Source: Bacteroidia bacterium (GTDB lineage Bacteria > Bacteroidota > Bacteroidia > Palsa-965). Taken from it: a stretch of DNA of 64,000 nt. The notes under the pieces are model-generated. The model saw nothing but the letters and a program-made list of their open reading frames with translations. It was not told the DNA's origin and searched no databases. Positions within the stretch are counted from its first letter, which is position 1; every line of letters starts with the position of its first letter. The DNA lies in contig JAKLJE010000012.1 in the NCBI GenBank assembly GCA_023151315.1, forward strand, positions 27,584-91,583, in the 5' to 3' direction. Below are positions 21,092 through 30,371 of this stretch, piece by piece. Made by a program: the position numbers and the translations under genes.

Positions 21092-22030
21092 ATGTATTCT
21101 TCATTGCATGAGAAACGCGAACAGCCGGGAACCGCAAAGGTTGTGTTTCGCGAAGTGATTACATTCATCCGCATTTTTGTTTTTTTCGGTTTACTGTTTC
21201 TGTTTACGCAGGCGTGTGCACAGACTCAAACTGCAACACGTTATCCTGAATCGCATGTGATGATCTCTCCGGAATCGCACGGTGCTACTCTTCAGCGAAA
21301 AGCAGTTCCATATCCGTATGTACGTGAAGCTGATGTAATGTGGGCGAAACGTATCTGGAGAACGATTGATTTGCGGGAGAAAATGAATCACCCGTATTAT
21401 TATCCCGAAACACCGCATAACGGATTGATGAGTTTGTTTGACATTGTTAAGGAAGCTGTGTTGACAGGACAGGCAACTGCATTTGATAATCCGGCGATGG
21501 ATGATGAATTCAAAGTGAAGATGAACGCGGAAGCTGTAGCCGCATTGTTGCAGAGTAAAGAACTTGTAGAAGTGGAAGATCCGTACAACCCCGGAACTTA
21601 CATTCTCGATACAGTTGTTAACGAAGTAATGAGTTCTGATGTAATGGCTTGGTGGGTAAAAGAGGATTGGTTCTTCGATAAGCAACGTTCGGTGATGGAC
21701 GTTCGTATAGTCGGAATTTGTCCGCTGATGCAGAAGAAGGATCCTAACTCAGGAGATCCGATAGGAATGAAACCTTTGTTCTGGTGCTACTTTCCTCAGT
21801 TGCGACCGATATTGGTTAAGCATGAGATTTATCTCGGGCAAAACAACGGTCAACGATTAACCTACGATGATATTTTTCAGAAACGTTTTTTCGGAAGTTA
21901 TATTCACAAGGAATCCAATGTTTATGATCGTCCTATCCCGGAATACCTCAAAGGATTGGATGCGTTGCTGGAATCCGAAAGTGTGAAAGAAGGAATAATG
22001 AACTTCGAAAGTGACCTGTGGCACTATTAG
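21092..22030 (+). CDS. GldN paralog 3.
   Basis: Motifs EADVMWAKRIWRTIDLREKMNHPYYYPE and KEDWFFDKQRSVMDVRIVGICP. AGGAGG lies 5 nt before ATG 21092. Confidence 0.88.
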   Translation: MYSSLHEKREQPGTAKVVFREVITFIRIFVFFGLLFLFTQACAQTQTATRYPESHVMISPESHGATLQRKAVPYPYVREADVMWAKRIWRTIDLREKMNHPYYYPETPHNGLMSLFDIVKEAVLTGQATAFDNPAMDDEFKVKMNAEAVAALLQSKELVEVEDPYNPGTYILDTVVNEVMSSDVMAWWVKEDWFFDKQRSVMDVRIVGICPLMQKKDPNSGDPIGMKPLFWCYFPQLRPILVKHEIYLGQNNGQRLTYDDIFQKRFFGSYIHKESNVYDRPIPEYLKGLDALLESESVKEGIMNFESDLWHY

Positions 22031-22056
22031 CAGTTCGCGGTGAGCAGTTGTCGGTA

Positions 22057-22719
22057 TTAATCAATAGCACGTTGGAGAAAATCGTTCAAAGGTTTCATCG
22101 CCTTGAAGATTTTCTCCGCTGTTTTCGCGAAGTCTTTCGAAAGCAATTCTTTGTCAGATAATTCTGCGACAGCAACAAAGCTTTTCAGTTTCAGAATATC
22201 AATTGCTTCATGATCTTTCGGATATCCTTTCGGAGCAGTTGCCAGTTTATCTTCCTGATCGAGATCTCCGAAACAATCTTTAAATGATTTCGCTTTCAGA
22301 ATCTTTCTGAATTCATCCAGATTGTAATCGATTTCCTGGCGGATCTTCGCCAACTCAGGAGCTGGTGGCATCCACATTCCGCCGGCTAAAAATGCTTTGC
22401 CGGGTTCGATATGAATGTAATAACCCGGAGCAATGGTTTTCTTTCCGCCCGGACTGATATAAGCCCCCATGTTTGTTTTGTATGGACGTTTATCACCTGA
22501 GAAACGCACATCGCGATAAATGCGGAATAAACTTTTCTTCGCGGTGATTTCATCACCAATGCGCTTATCGAATTTCTTCACCGCTGCGATGATTTTTTCT
22601 ACACTCGCCTCCACATCCGATTTGGCTGCTTCATATTGCGCACGGTTTTTTTCAAACCATTCACGGTTGTTGTTTTTACTCAGACGGGTCAGAAAGTCAA
22701 GTGTGGATTTGCTGATCAT
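22057..22719 (-). CDS. DUF2461 (TIGR02453) family protein.
   Basis: RIYRDVRFSGDKRPYKTN motif. Start at the first ATG (MISKS); the first codon of the track ORF is TTG. Confidence 0.65.
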   Translation of the reverse strand: MISKSTLDFLTRLSKNNNREWFEKNRAQYEAAKSDVEASVEKIIAAVKKFDKRIGDEITAKKSLFRIYRDVRFSGDKRPYKTNMGAYISPGGKKTIAPGYYIHIEPGKAFLAGGMWMPPAPELAKIRQEIDYNLDEFRKILKAKSFKDCFGDLDQEDKLATAPKGYPKDHEAIDILKLKSFVAVAELSDKELLSKDFAKTAEKIFKAMKPLNDFLQRAID

Positions 22720-22733
22720 GGCTACTGAAATTT

Positions 22734-23852
22734 TCAATCATCCGGCGTTACTTCGTCGAGTTCGTCGGTGAGTTTTTTTACAAAGCGGGATTGCGTTACG
22801 AATTCACGCAGGATAATACGGAACACCGTGTAAACAGGTACAGCTGCCACCATTCCGCCGATCCCAGCAAGCGATCCTGCGACGAGAATTACAGTGAATA
22901 TTTCCAGTGGATGTGCCTTTACACGGCTGCTGAAAATGAAAGGTTGTACCAGGAAAGCATCAGTCAGATTCATTGCAACAAAGACAAGGAAAATTTTCAG
23001 TGCAAGAGGGAGCATACCATCGTAGAAATCGAGAGTGAGGTTAGTGGAAATGGCCACAACAATTGCAAATGAACCGCCGATGAGCGGACCGACATAGGGA
23101 ATGATGTTCATGATTCCGGCAAAAATTCCTATGATGAGCGCGTTTTTAACCCCGAGTATCATCATACCAATCGTGATGAATGCAGAAACGAAGAGCACAT
23201 CAATTAATACACCTGTGAAATACTTCGACAACATGAGTTGCGTATCCCGGATAACATTCCGGATACGTTTTACCTGCCGTGATGGAATAAGCAGGAGCAA
23301 CATGTGCAGAATCACATCACCATCCTTAATGAAGAAGAATGTGAAAAAGGAGATACAGAAGAACGCAACGAGAGTTCCGCTCAGAATGGAAACAATTCCG
23401 TTTGCCACTGAAGTCACCTGCGCTGCACTCATGAATGAAGCTAAATGCTGTTGCATATACTGTTCCAGTGTGACTTGATTGGGCTGATTCTGCTGAAACT
23501 GGGCGAATAAGGCTTCCAGTTGAGAAATCGGCTCATGTAAAGCCTGTGTAACCTGTTTCTGATCTACACTGCTGATGATTTTTATTTCGTTTGCAATAAG
23601 CGGGATAAAAATCGAGATGAACGCAAAAATGAACACATAAACCATCAGCAATAAGGAGATGGCGCGCAATGCACGTGGGATTTTCCACTTCTTGATACGG
23701 ACTTTTTCAAGTTTTTTATCAAGCGGGCGCAAAATCATTGTGATGATCGCTGCGACTGTGATGTACAGCAGAATGGAACGGATGAACCAAGCCACTACCA
23801 GAAAAAGGGCAATTCCACCAATCCACCACCAGCGATTCGATTTCATAGGCAT
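22734..23852 (-). CDS. AI-2E family transporter (UPF0118, PerM/TqsA-like).
   Basis: Eight TM helices. Motif MNIIPYVGPLIGGSFAIVVAI. Confidence 0.8.
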   Translation of the reverse strand: MPMKSNRWWWIGGIALFLVVAWFIRSILLYITVAAIITMILRPLDKKLEKVRIKKWKIPRALRAISLLLMVYVFIFAFISIFIPLIANEIKIISSVDQKQVTQALHEPISQLEALFAQFQQNQPNQVTLEQYMQQHLASFMSAAQVTSVANGIVSILSGTLVAFFCISFFTFFFIKDGDVILHMLLLLIPSRQVKRIRNVIRDTQLMLSKYFTGVLIDVLFVSAFITIGMMILGVKNALIIGIFAGIMNIIPYVGPLIGGSFAIVVAISTNLTLDFYDGMLPLALKIFLVFVAMNLTDAFLVQPFIFSSRVKAHPLEIFTVILVAGSLAGIGGMVAAVPVYTVFRIILREFVTQSRFVKKLTDELDEVTPDD

Positions 23853-23936
23853 AAAGATAATGAATTCGTTTATGGGTTACAGTTCCGAGACAAGCCGCAT
23901 ACTTACGGATCGCTGAATTGCTTACCTTTGCACCCC

Positions 23937-25859
23937 ATGATTTCAGTGAGTAATTTAACAGTGGAATTCGGCGGTTTTACGCTGTATGATAACATTTCGT
24001 TCATGATCAATGCGCGGGATCGAATTGGTCTTGCGGGAAAGAACGGTGCCGGTAAATCTACGCTTCTAAAAATTATTGCAGGGTTGCAGAAATGCGATAC
24101 CGGAGACATCGGCATGCCCAATGGCTGCACTGTTGGATACCTTGCTCAGGATATGCAGCACAACATGGGTAAAACCGTGTATGATGAAGCAGCATCAGCA
24201 TTCAAAGAACTGCGTGAGATGGAAGAGAAGGTGGCTCGTATCACCAAGGAGCTTGAAACACGCACGGATTATGAATCGGATGAATACATGAATCTGATTA
24301 CAGAGCTGACGGAAGCAAGCGAACGCTCGCATGTACTCGGGGGCAGCTCATTGGAAGGGCAGATTGAACAAACATTAAAGGGACTTGGATTCAAGCATGA
24401 AGACATGCATCGGTTGATGGATGAGTTCAGCGGTGGATGGAGAATGCGTGTTGAGCTTGCGAAGCTATTGTTGCGTCGTCCGGATGTTTTGCTGCTTGAC
24501 GAACCAACGAACCACCTCGATATTGAATCTATTTTGTGGTTGGAGGAATTTCTGACAACATATGAAGGGTCTGTTGTGTTGGTGTCGCACGATAAATCAT
24601 TCCTTGACAACGTAACGAATCGTACTGTGGAAATTTCCATGGGCAAGATTCATGATTACAAAGCGAATTACTCAAAATATCTCGTGCTTCGTAAAGAGCG
24701 TCGCGAAACGCAGCTTGCTGCTGCAAAGAACCAACAGCGTGAGATTGAGAAAACGGAGAAGTTGATTGATCAGTTCCGTGCGAAAGCGAGCAAGGCTTCA
24801 TTCGCGCAATCGTTGATCAAGAAGCTGGATCGCATGGAGATTATTGAAATTGACGATGAGGACAATTCCACATTGCGATTCAAATTTCCACCGGCACCTC
24901 GTTCAGGTAAAGTTGTTGTGGAAGCAAACGACGTGACAAAAGTTTACGACGATAAAACAATTCTGAGTCGTGTGGATTTTCACATTGAACGCGAAGACAA
25001 AGTTGCATTCGTCGGAAAGAACGGAGAAGGAAAGTCGACAATGGTTCGTATGATCATGGGGGAGAAAACCACGAGCGGAACTGTTGGTCCGGGCTTCAGT
25101 GTTGAAGTCGGGTATTTCGCGCAGGACGATGCAGACAATCTTGATGGAAACAAAACCGTTTTCGAAACGATTGATGAGTTGGCAATCGGAGATGTGCGCA
25201 AACAGGTGCGCGGCATCCTTGGATCGTTCCTTTTTTCCGGTGATTCAATCGATAAAAAAGTGAAAGTATTGTCAGGCGGAGAGAGAACTCGTTTAGCACT
25301 GTGTCGTCTGCTGTTAAAGCCGCACAATTTGCTGATTCTCGACGAGCCTACCAACCACCTCGATCTTCGTTCGAAAGACGTATTGAAGCAAGCGCTGTCG
25401 AATTTTGACGGTACATTGATTGTGGTTTCACACGATCGCGATTTCCTTTCCGGACTGACAACAAAAACTTTCGAGTTCAAGGATAAACGCGTGAAGCAAT
25501 ACATCGGAGATGTGAACGAATTTCTTCTCGCTAAGAAAGCTGAAGATTTCCGCGCGATTGAACAGGCGGCAGCTTCAAATGTTTCCACGACCAATCAGGA
25601 CAAGAAACAGGAATCCGGCGATACACGAGATAAAGAGTCGCGTACATTGAAATCGCAGCTCAATACAGTGGAGAAGAAAATCGCAGAACTCGAGAAGAGG
25701 ATTGCGGATTTTGACGCGATTCTGAACGACGCGAACCGTTATCAGGAGTTGGTGAACGACCGCAAGAAGTTTGATGAATACGAGGCGATGAAGAAAGAGT
25801 TGGAGTCGAAAATGGAAGAATGGGAACGTATTCAGATGGAAATCGACAAATTGAAATAA
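23937..25859 (+). CDS. ABC-F family ATPase (tandem ABC domains plus C-terminal coiled coil, EttA/Uup/YheS-like).
   Basis: Two Walker A motifs (GKNGAGKST, GKNGEGKST). Two LSGG signatures. A K/E-rich C-terminal arm. Start at ATG 23937 because the first track codon is TTG. Confidence 0.85.
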   Translation: MISVSNLTVEFGGFTLYDNISFMINARDRIGLAGKNGAGKSTLLKIIAGLQKCDTGDIGMPNGCTVGYLAQDMQHNMGKTVYDEAASAFKELREMEEKVARITKELETRTDYESDEYMNLITELTEASERSHVLGGSSLEGQIEQTLKGLGFKHEDMHRLMDEFSGGWRMRVELAKLLLRRPDVLLLDEPTNHLDIESILWLEEFLTTYEGSVVLVSHDKSFLDNVTNRTVEISMGKIHDYKANYSKYLVLRKERRETQLAAAKNQQREIEKTEKLIDQFRAKASKASFAQSLIKKLDRMEIIEIDDEDNSTLRFKFPPAPRSGKVVVEANDVTKVYDDKTILSRVDFHIEREDKVAFVGKNGEGKSTMVRMIMGEKTTSGTVGPGFSVEVGYFAQDDADNLDGNKTVFETIDELAIGDVRKQVRGILGSFLFSGDSIDKKVKVLSGGERTRLALCRLLLKPHNLLILDEPTNHLDLRSKDVLKQALSNFDGTLIVVSHDRDFLSGLTTKTFEFKDKRVKQYIGDVNEFLLAKKAEDFRAIEQAAASNVSTTNQDKKQESGDTRDKESRTLKSQLNTVEKKIAELEKRIADFDAILNDANRYQELVNDRKKFDEYEAMKKELESKMEEWERIQMEIDKLK

Positions 25860-25885
25860 TCAGGTTGCGGGAATACTGTTTTTTA

Positions 25886-25893
25886 TATATTTG
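25886..25893 (+). promoter_or_regulatory. Candidate Bacteroidota sigma-A -7 box TATATTTG upstream of the hisG leader.
   Basis: It matches the TAnnTTTG consensus. A TTG sits at 25865-25867, about 18 nt upstream. The motif ends 4 nt before the leader ATG. Confidence 0.45.
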
Positions 25894-25897
25894 CCAC

Positions 25898-25954
25898 ATG
25901 AAAATGAACAACACAATGAAACATCACCATCAGTTTGCAGGGCGCAAGCTGTGA
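25898..25954 (+). CDS. Putative his leader peptide MKMNNTMKHHHQFAGRKL.
   Basis: An 18-codon ORF with CAT CAC CAT at 25922-25930. It lies between the promoter box and a terminator hairpin upstream of hisG. Confidence 0.5.
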   Translation: MKMNNTMKHHHQFAGRKL

Positions 25955-25979
25955 TTTTTCATTTGAGAAATATTTCACG

Positions 25980-26010
25980 AGGCTTGCTGTAAAGGCAAGC
26001 CTTTTTTATT
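25980..26010 (+). terminator. Attenuator/terminator hairpin upstream of hisG.
   Basis: AGGCTTGC (25980-87) and GCAAGCCT (25995-26002) form a perfect 8-bp stem with loop TGTAAAG, followed by TTTTTTATTT. A leader segment GCGCAAGCT (25943-51) can alternatively pair with the 5' arm. Confidence 0.7.
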
Positions 26011-26020
26011 TGTTAACGGT

Positions 26021-26887
26021 ATGAAAACAGAAACGAAACTCAGAATTGCAATTCAGAAGTCGGGACGGCTGAACGACGATTCCATCCGGATGCTGAAAGA
26101 ATGCGGAATTGAATTCGACAACGGCTTGAACAAACTGAAAGCATCCGCATTTAACTTTCCACTCGAAGTTCTTTTTCTTCGCGATGATGATATTCCGGAG
26201 TACGTTGAACAAGGTGTAGCGGATATCGGAATTGTTGGTGAGAATGTTCTTGTAGAATCAGGAGCCAAAGTGAAACTTATTGAGAAACTGGGTTACGGAA
26301 AATGCCGTTTGAGTATTGCGGTTCCGAAGGATGTTAAGTATTCCGGGATAAAAGATTTGAACGGAAAGCGTATCGCTACAACTTACAGTCGAGTGTTGCA
26401 GAAATATCTCGCGAAGAATAAAGTGAAAGCAGAGATACACGAAATCAGCGGATCAGTGGAGATTGCAACAGGAATCGGACTTGCGGAAGCAATCTGTGAT
26501 ATTGTAAGTTCCGGCAGCACACTGTTTACAAACGGTCTCAAAGAGGTGGAAACCGTGATGAAATCTGAAGCTGTTCTGATCGGTAACAATAAACTGAATG
26601 CAGCTCAACTGCGTATAGTTGAACGCTTGTTGTTCCGCATCCGTGCATCGAGAACTGCGAAGCGCAACAAGTATTTGCTTCTGAATGCGCCGGACAATAA
26701 ACTTGACACTATCTGCAAATTGATTCCGGGAATGAAAAGTCCGACTGTACTTCCTTTAAAGCAAAAGGGATGGAGCTCTGTTCATTCAGTTATTGATGAG
26801 GAAAAATTCTGGGACATCATTGAGCAGCTTCGTGACGCCGGAGCTGAAGGAATACTTGTAGTGCCAATCGAAAAAATGGTAGTGTGA
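26021..26887 (+). CDS. hisG: ATP phosphoribosyltransferase HisG (long form).
   Basis: N-terminus MKTETKLRIAIQKSGRLNDDS. 288 aa including the C-terminal regulatory domain. Confidence 0.9.
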   Translation: MKTETKLRIAIQKSGRLNDDSIRMLKECGIEFDNGLNKLKASAFNFPLEVLFLRDDDIPEYVEQGVADIGIVGENVLVESGAKVKLIEKLGYGKCRLSIAVPKDVKYSGIKDLNGKRIATTYSRVLQKYLAKNKVKAEIHEISGSVEIATGIGLAEAICDIVSSGSTLFTNGLKEVETVMKSEAVLIGNNKLNAAQLRIVERLLFRIRASRTAKRNKYLLLNAPDNKLDTICKLIPGMKSPTVLPLKQKGWSSVHSVIDEEKFWDIIEQLRDAGAEGILVVPIEKMVV

Positions 26888-28167
26888 TGATAAAGTACAT
26901 TGAATATCCGGATGCGGAGATGTTGAAGTTGCTTCTGCAACGTCCCGTGAACAACAATTCCGCTGACGAATCTGTAGTTGCTTCAATACTTGAAGATGTT
27001 CGTGCGAATGGAGACGCAGCAGTGCGACAATACACCGAGAAGTTCGATCACTGCACAATTGGTGAAATGCTGGTCAGTGAACAGGAAATTTTCAATGCCT
27101 ATCAGGCGGTTTCCATTGAATTGAAAGAGGCGATTGAGACAGCAAAAGCAAATATTGAACGTTTTCACCGAACGCAACACGTAGGCAGTGCACCGATAGA
27201 AACCATGCCGGGTGTTCGATGCTGGAGAAAATCGGTTCCAATTGAAACTGTCGGACTTTATATTCCCGGTGGTTCAGCTCCTCTGTTTTCTACTGTGCTC
27301 ATGCTTGCTGTTCCTGCAGTGATTGCAGGCTGCGGAAGAATCGTGTTGTGTACTCCGCCGGATAAGAACGGGAATATCAATCCTGCGATATTATATGCCG
27401 CGAGTACTTGCGGTGTTTCTGAAATTTATAAAGTGGGAGGAGTGCAGGCAATTGCAGCAATGTATTTCGGAACGGAGTCTGTTCCGCAGGTTTCAAAAAT
27501 CTGCGGCCCGGGAAACAGTTGGGTGACTATGGCGAAGCAACTCATCGCAAAAAACGGATTTCCTATTGACATTCCTGCCGGACCTTCAGAGTTGGCTGTG
27601 TATTGCGATAACACTGTTCCAGCAGAGTTCGTTGCAGCGGATTTATTGTCACAAGCTGAACACGGTGCCGACAGTCAGGTTCTTGTACTTTCAGAAGACA
27701 AAGGAATACTTCAGGAGATAATTGAAGCAATCAAAGTTCAGGTTGATGTTTTGCCTCGCAAGGAGATTGCGATGAAAGCGTTGGCGAACAGTGCAGCAGT
27801 TCTTGTAAAGAATCAGAATGATGCAATGGAAATCTTCAATAAGTATGCACCTGAGCATTTGATTCTCGCATGTGATTCCGCGGAGATACTGGCGCAGCAA
27901 GTAGTGAACGCAGGAAGTGTTTTCATTGGCGCATGGTCTCCGGAGAGCGCGGGAGATTACGCATCGGGAACGAATCATACATTGCCAACCAATGGAAATG
28001 CAAGAGGGTGGAGTGGCGTTTCTGTGGATACATTCGTTCGGAAGATAACTTTTCAGCACCTGAGTAAAGAAGGATTGCAACGAATCGGGAAGACGGTTGA
28101 AGTGATGGCGGAAGCAGAAGGCTTACAAGCGCACAGGAATGCAGTAACAATTCGTTTAGGAAAATAA
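26887..28167 (+). CDS. hisD: Histidinol dehydrogenase HisD.
   Basis: ATG at 26887 overlaps the hisG stop (TGATG). Roughly 426 aa with conserved HisD motifs. Confidence 0.9.
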   Translation: MIKYIEYPDAEMLKLLLQRPVNNNSADESVVASILEDVRANGDAAVRQYTEKFDHCTIGEMLVSEQEIFNAYQAVSIELKEAIETAKANIERFHRTQHVGSAPIETMPGVRCWRKSVPIETVGLYIPGGSAPLFSTVLMLAVPAVIAGCGRIVLCTPPDKNGNINPAILYAASTCGVSEIYKVGGVQAIAAMYFGTESVPQVSKICGPGNSWVTMAKQLIAKNGFPIDIPAGPSELAVYCDNTVPAEFVAADLLSQAEHGADSQVLVLSEDKGILQEIIEAIKVQVDVLPRKEIAMKALANSAAVLVKNQNDAMEIFNKYAPEHLILACDSAEILAQQVVNAGSVFIGAWSPESAGDYASGTNHTLPTNGNARGWSGVSVDTFVRKITFQHLSKEGLQRIGKTVEVMAEAEGLQAHRNAVTIRLGK

Positions 28168-28177
28168 AAGGAAGATA

Positions 28178-29245
28178 ATGTTCAATTTAGAGAAACTGAT
28201 CAGAGCTAACATTCTTGCACTGACACCTTACTCCTCTGCACGCGATGAGTTTAAAGGCGAAGCAAAAGTATTTCTTGACGCGAATGAGAATAGTTTCGGT
28301 TCTCCGGCTGGAGATTCGCATAATCGATATCCGGATCCGATGCAGAAGAATCTGAAGGATCGCTTGTCGGCAATTAAAGGCGTGCCGGCGGGAAATATTT
28401 TTCTCGGCAATGGAAGTGATGAAGTAATCGATATTCTGTTCCGCGTATTCTGCGAGCCGGGACGCGATAATGTGATTATTGTTCCACCCACGTACGGAAT
28501 GTATGAAGTGAGTGCCAACATTAATGCAGTTGAGGTGAGAAAAGTTCCGCTGACGGCAGAGTTTCAGCTGAACGTTGAAGGTATTTCCGAATCGGTTGAT
28601 GAAAATACCAAGTTGATTTTCATTTGCTCTCCGAATAATCCAACCGGAAACAGTATTGACCGAGATGATGTTGAATTCGTGCTCAATAACTTCAATGGCA
28701 TTGTCGCAGTGGATGAAGCGTACATCAATTATTCAAGGCAGAAGTCGTTTATAGCGGAGCTGACAGAATATCCGAACCTGGTTGTGATGCAGACGTTGTC
28801 TAAAGCATGGGGGCTTGCCGGTGTACGCATAGGAATGTTGTTTGCGTCAGATGAGATTATTGCCGTGATGAATAAGGTGAAGCCACCGTACAATATCGGC
28901 ACTCCGGCACAGGAGCTCGCACTAAATGCGTTAAACCGTATTCAGGAAGTAAATGAATGGATTCGCAGTACGGTGAGTGAAAGAGACAGGTTGGTACGTC
29001 AGTTGGCGCACAATCTGTTGATTCGAAAAATATATCCTTCAGATGCTAATTTTCTATTGGTAAAAGTTGATGAACCGAAGAAGGTATATAATTACCTTGT
29101 TGATAAAGGTATTATTATACGAGATCGTTCAGGGGTAACGTTATGCGAAGGATGTTTGCGAATTACCGTTGGTACTCCTGCAGAGAACGAAATGTTGATT
29201 ACCGAGTTGAATAACTATTCGAAACAGTTTTCATTTAATCAATAA
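28178..29245 (+). CDS. hisC: Histidinol-phosphate aminotransferase HisC.
   Basis: 355-aa class-II aminotransferase with the PLP lysine region TLSKAWGLAGVRIG. Confidence 0.88.
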   Translation: MFNLEKLIRANILALTPYSSARDEFKGEAKVFLDANENSFGSPAGDSHNRYPDPMQKNLKDRLSAIKGVPAGNIFLGNGSDEVIDILFRVFCEPGRDNVIIVPPTYGMYEVSANINAVEVRKVPLTAEFQLNVEGISESVDENTKLIFICSPNNPTGNSIDRDDVEFVLNNFNGIVAVDEAYINYSRQKSFIAELTEYPNLVVMQTLSKAWGLAGVRIGMLFASDEIIAVMNKVKPPYNIGTPAQELALNALNRIQEVNEWIRSTVSERDRLVRQLAHNLLIRKIYPSDANFLLVKVDEPKKVYNYLVDKGIIIRDRSGVTLCEGCLRITVGTPAENEMLITELNNYSKQFSFNQ

Positions 29246-29251
29246 AGCGCA

Positions 29252-30364
29252 ATGAAACAGAAACTGCTTTTCATCGACAGAGACGGAACACTAATTTGGG
29301 AGCCGCCGGATACTTTTCAGATTGACTCGTTCAGCAAGTTGAAATTTCTGCCGGGTGTTTTTTACTGGTTGAGAAAAATCGCCGAAGAACTGGATTATGA
29401 ATTGGTGATGGTCACGAATCAGGACGGTCTTGGCACGGCTTCTTTTCCTGAGGATACATTCTGGCCGGTGCAGAATTTCATTGTGCAATCAATGAAGAAT
29501 GAAAACATAATTTTCTCTGAAGTTTGCATCGACAGAAGTTTTCCTGCGGATAGTCTTCCGACGCGTAAACCAGGAACAGGAATGCTGACGAAGTATTTTG
29601 CTCCTGAGTACGATCTGCAAAATTCATTTGTGATCGGAGACCGTTTGACAGACGTGAAACTGGCGAAGAATCTCGGGGCAAAATCAATTTTCATCCGTAA
29701 CTATGATGAAGCGGGAGAATACGCTGCTTCAATAGATCTCATCGCCGAAGATTGGTCGCAAATCTATCAGTTTCTGAAACTTCCTCCTCGCAGAGTTTCT
29801 CATTCACGCAACACCAACGAAACCAGAATAAGCATTGATTTGAATCTGGATGGAAGTGGAAAAGGTAAGATACGAACGGGTCTTTCATTCTTTGATCACA
29901 TGCTGGAGCAACTGGTTCGTCACGGAAATATTGATCTTGATTTGGTAGCAGAAGGAGATCTTCACATTGATGAACATCACACAATTGAAGATACGGGAAT
30001 TGCGTTGGGAGAAGCGTTCACCGCCGCATTGAAAGAGAAGCGTGGAATTAATCGTTACGGATTTCTTTTACCCATGGACGATTGTTTGGCGCAAGTAGCA
30101 GTTGATTTCGGAGGAAGACCATGGATTGAATGGAATGCCGAGTTTAAACGGGAAAAAGTCGGAGACATGCCAACAGAAATGTTTTTTCACTTTTTCAAAT
30201 CATTCAGTGATGCGGCGCGATGCAATCTGAATATTAAAGCAGAAGGTGATAACGAGCATCACAAAATAGAAAGCATTTTCAAGGCCTTTGCGAAAGCGAT
30301 CAGAATCGCAGTGAAGCGGAATCCGGATGATAATTCATTGCCGACAACAAAAGGGATAATCTGA
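29252..30364 (+). CDS. hisB: Bifunctional histidinol-phosphatase / imidazoleglycerol-phosphate dehydratase HisB.
   Basis: N-terminal HAD motif [10 protein letters not shown]-terminal IGPD domain with [14 protein letters not shown]. Confidence 0.9.
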   Translation: MKQKLLFIDRDGTLIWEPPDTFQIDSFSKLKFLPGVFYWLRKIAEELDYELVMVTNQDGLGTASFPEDTFWPVQNFIVQSMKNENIIFSEVCIDRSFPADSLPTRKPGTGMLTKYFAPEYDLQNSFVIGDRLTDVKLAKNLGAKSIFIRNYDEAGEYAASIDLIAEDWSQIYQFLKLPPRRVSHSRNTNETRISIDLNLDGSGKGKIRTGLSFFDHMLEQLVRHGNIDLDLVAEGDLHIDEHHTIEDTGIALGEAFTAALKEKRGINRYGFLLPMDDCLAQVAVDFGGRPWIEWNAEFKREKVGDMPTEMFFHFFKSFSDAARCNLNIKAEGDNEHHKIESIFKAFAKAIRIAVKRNPDDNSLPTTKGII

Positions 30365-30371
30365 TTGACGA

